A stretch of DNA of 24,000 nucleotides from Bdellovibrionales bacterium GWA2_49_15. GTDB lineage: Bacteria; Bdellovibrionota; Bacteriovoracia; Bacteriovoracales; Bacteriovoracaceae. The position numbers were made by a program, and so were the translations under genes. Shown here one piece after another: positions 21,854 through 24,000 of this stretch (position 1 is the first letter of the stretch; each line of letters begins with the position of its first letter). The DNA is taken from NCBI GenBank assembly GCA_001769855.1, contig MEPP01000018.1:9547-33546 (forward strand), written 5' to 3'. The notes beneath the pieces were generated by a model. It saw nothing but the letters and a program-made list of their open reading frames with translations, was not told the origin of the DNA and searched no databases.

Positions 21854-22975
21854 GTGGAACGACAGATTTATTTGGATTTTAATGCCAGCACCCCAATCGC
21901 ACCAGAGGTGCTTGTGGTCATGCAACCTTATCTAGCTGGTGATTGCTTTGGTAATCCGTCAAGTGTGCATCGCTTTGGAAAATTGGCCGGCTTGGGAATT
22001 GCAAAGGCCAGACAGCGGGTCGCAGTCCTTCTCGGATGTGAGACCAACGAAGTCGTCTTTACCAGCGGAGGAAGCGAAGCGAATAATCATGCCATCAAAG
22101 GCGCGTTCTTCGCCCGACGTGATCAGGGGAACCACATTATTACAACGGCCATCGAGCACCCGGCCGTTCACGTCCCATGCGAATATCTAAAACGCTTTGG
22201 GGCCGAAGTGACATACCTGCCCGTTGACGGCACTGGACGAGTCGATCCCGATTCAGTGAGAAAAGCGATTACCAGGAAAACTATTCTAATTTCTGTCATG
22301 CACGCAAACAACGAAGTTGGAACTATCCAGCCCATCGAAGAAATCTCGAAGATTGCAAAGGAAAATCAAATTATTTTTCATAGCGACGCTGCCCAATCGG
22401 CTGGAAAGGTCGCGACTCATGTGCAGACACTCGGTGTGGACCTGCTTTCTATCGCTGGTCATAAATTCTACGCTCCAAAAGGGATTGGCGTTCTCTATAT
22501 TAAAAGGGGCGTTGCTATTGATTCATTAATCCACGGCGCAGGTCACGAACAGGGACGACGTGCGGGCACAGAAAATACCGCGTCTATAGTGGCCCTGGGA
22601 GCGGCCTCTGATCTTTTCTCCTCGGGTCGTGAGATGAGTTCGGTGCAAGAATTTAGAGATTTATTCTGGGCGCTGTTACAAGAAACTTTTGGAAAGAAAG
22701 TGCAGCGGAATGGACACCCGACATTAGTTTTGCCAAATACCCTGAATGTCTCATTCGTTGGCCACATTGGAGGAGAGATTTTACGGAAATTAAAAGGTGT
22801 AGCGGCATCAACGGGCTCCGCTTGTCACTCGGGAGAAACAAAAATGTCGCCCGTCCTTGAGGCCATGGGAATATCGCCGGAGATTGGGCTTGGGGCGATA
22901 AGATTCAGCTTGGGTAGAACAACGACCGAAGAGGAAATTCGTATCGTGCTTAAGCAGATGAGGGAAATATTATAA
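21854..22975 (+). CDS. Cysteine desulfurase (NifS/IscS-like class V aminotransferase)
   Basis: I prefer the GTG at 21854, 1 nt after the sqr stop and preceded by aaggtgg. The ATG at 21821 would overlap sqr by 32 nt. It shows IYLDFNASTP, the PLP-Lys motif SIAGHKFYAPKGIG and the active-site Cys in STGSACHSG. Confidence 0.85.
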   Translation: MERQIYLDFNASTPIAPEVLVVMQPYLAGDCFGNPSSVHRFGKLAGLGIAKARQRVAVLLGCETNEVVFTSGGSEANNHAIKGAFFARRDQGNHIITTAIEHPAVHVPCEYLKRFGAEVTYLPVDGTGRVDPDSVRKAITRKTILISVMHANNEVGTIQPIEEISKIAKENQIIFHSDAAQSAGKVATHVQTLGVDLLSIAGHKFYAPKGIGVLYIKRGVAIDSLIHGAGHEQGRRAGTENTASIVALGAASDLFSSGREMSSVQEFRDLFWALLQETFGKKVQRNGHPTLVLPNTLNVSFVGHIGGEILRKLKGVAASTGSACHSGETKMSPVLEAMGISPEIGLGAIRFSLGRTTTEEEIRIVLKQMREIL

Positions 22976-23011
22976 ATGCGCCTCATTTTAAGGATGCCTC
23001 TTGGTATCTTT

Positions 23012-23092
23012 TCATATAACACCAATAGTTATTTGTTTTCCTCCAAGCTCGGAATCGTCTTTACCAATGAAAAACGTTGGCGTTAGAATAAA
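23012..23092 (-). pseudogene. Decayed duplicate of the C-terminal end of the downstream barrel gene (fragment only)
   Basis: Positions 23032-23092 align to 23243-23303 with 9 mismatches in 61 nt by my hand count. The minus-strand translation FILTPTFFIGKDDSELGGKQITIGVI* parallels LILTPTFFIGKNDSEFGGKQIGQRYEAWLRFYF* of the intact gene. The fragment lacks the terminal aromatic signature. Confidence 0.55.
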
Positions 23093-23201
23093 TACATTGC
23101 CTGGGAAAACGCAGACTAAGGCCACTTTCTAAAAACTATAATAGAAAATTATACAAATCTTCAACGATTATTAGAGAGAATGAAGACAATTTCCATAGGC
23201 C

Positions 23202-24000
23202 TTAGAAATAAAATCTTAACCACGCTTCGTATCGTTGCCCTATTTGCTTTCCTCCAAACTCAGAATCGTTTTTACCAATAAAAAACGTAGGCGTTAATAT
23301 CAATTCGAAGTTTGTTATGGGTTTATAACTGAGAGGAGCAGCCAGAGTAAAACTGTTATCTTGTAGATTAATTATTGAATAGAGTGACGGAGTAAAATAG
23401 ACCCAGGCGAATGGTTCAGGTTGAATGATTTTAAGATAGAGATAGTCTCTCATCAAAACAGGTTTTTGAAAATTCATCTTTACGGAGTTTTGCACTTGTA
23501 GGATTTGTGGCACATTCCCGGTTGCGAGAACACTGCTAAGATATTCACGATAATTTTCAAACTCTGTTTTTGTTAGCCCGGCACCATTGTGATAGTATTC
23601 AGTGATGAGAGTCGTGTTGAGTGAGTTTAAATATCGAAAGCCAACTAGGTTTGAGCTTGCATTTCTTCTATCTGTACCAAGGGCATCGTTGATAACGAGA
23701 TTTGTCGTAGCATTTCTAAATACACTAAATTCTCCGTGTATCTCCAAGTTTTCAAAAATATTTCTTGAAAAATCGAATCCAACTTGTTTGGCATTTACCT
23801 TGCTAGAGTAAGCCAAAATGTCTAGGTCTGTATTCCAAAGTAGGAAATAACTTTTTAAAGCAAGGTCGGTATTTTCAAATTCGCCATTGTGATTCACTGC
23901 TGCTTTTGCAGGGAGGATAACTGCTGAAAGCGTGATGGTTTGAAGTGAATCAGAGATAATACTTTTTGTGTATTCGCCCGTGAAAGAAACAATCCCTGTT
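23202..24000 (-). CDS. Outer-membrane beta-barrel protein, partial (5' end beyond window edge)
   Basis: The reading frame stays open from the track start (a GTG at 23897) up to position 24000, with no stop. It shows an alternating amphipathic strand pattern, and the C-terminus ends ...EAWLRFYF with a terminal Phe, typical of barrel OMPs. I did not recognise the family. Confidence 0.55.
   Translation of the reverse strand, partial: TGIVSFTGEYTKSIISDSLQTITLSAVILPAKAAVNHNGEFENTDLALKSYFLLWNTDLDILAYSSKVNAKQVGFDFSRNIFENLEIHGEFSVFRNATTNLVINDALGTDRRNASSNLVGFRYLNSLNTTLITEYYHNGAGLTKTEFENYREYLSSVLATGNVPQILQVQNSVKMNFQKPVLMRDYLYLKIIQPEPFAWVYFTPSLYSIINLQDNSFTLAAPLSYKPITNFELILTPTFFIGKNDSEFGGKQIGQRYEAWLRFYF

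Noticed and set aside
1-24000. CRISPR arrays, tRNA/rRNA genes, transposases, integrases, toxin-antitoxin pairs and phage-defence gene signatures
   Set aside because: Apart from the 2 x 22 bp repeat at 356-399, I found no regularly spaced repeats, no cloverleaf-like or rRNA-like segments, and no ORF with nuclease, ATPase or recombinase motifs typical of those systems.

Overview
The window is almost fully coding, with about 26 CDS plus one gene fragment, and looks chromosomal. It comes from a diderm (Gram-negative) bacterium of moderate AT content, judged from outer-membrane barrel proteins and lipid A enzymes. I saw no rRNA, tRNA, CRISPR array, transposase, integrase or phage genes. The genes fall into six modules, each with its own small regulator.

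- **Module 1 (49-4039, + strand), metal uptake.** An ArsR/SmtB regulator is followed by a ~450 bp non-coding leader that starts with a 2 x 22 bp tandem repeat. Then come a DUF2946 Cys-motif protein, a porin-like barrel, a ZnuA/TroA-type binding protein and an ABC-3 permease. No ABC ATPase is present anywhere in the window.
- **Module 2 (4084-6722, - strand), regulation.** The order is DUF547 secreted protein, small ZAS-type zinc-finger protein, MarR, ECF sigma factor, then a second paralogous ZAS anti-sigma.
- **Module 3 (6904-12569, + strand, divergent from module 2), organoarsenical biosynthesis.** This is a translationally coupled arsenosugar-type operon: a DedA/TVP38::flavoprotein disulfide reductase fusion, radical-SAM ArsS, the As(III) SAM methyltransferase ArsM, a TIGR04283-like GT2 transferase and a DUF2064/TIGR04282-like transferase.
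- **Module 4 (12747-17843), envelope and lipid A remodelling.** It holds a PAP2 phosphatase, a membrane-anchored LuxR-type regulator, a second PAP2, a DUF2279-like protein and an EptA/MCR-family phosphoethanolamine transferase.
- **Module 5 (17894-19511, - strand).** A PadR-like regulator and a ChrA-family transporter.
- **Module 6 (19595-22975, + strand), sulfide and persulfide handling.** An ArsR::rhodanese fusion, a DsrE-like protein, a sulfide:quinone oxidoreductase and a cysteine desulfurase.

The window ends with a decayed copy of an outer-membrane-protein C-terminus and a partial barrel gene running off the edge.

The most interesting candidate is modules 2 and 3 taken together. They form an arsenosugar-type gene set outside an obvious cyanobacterial context. 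It includes biochemically uncharacterised partners (the DedA::reductase fusion, DUF547 and two transferases). It faces an unusual control unit of one ECF sigma, two soluble RsrA-like ZAS paralogs and a MarR.

All functional calls rest on motif recognition by eye. No database search was run.
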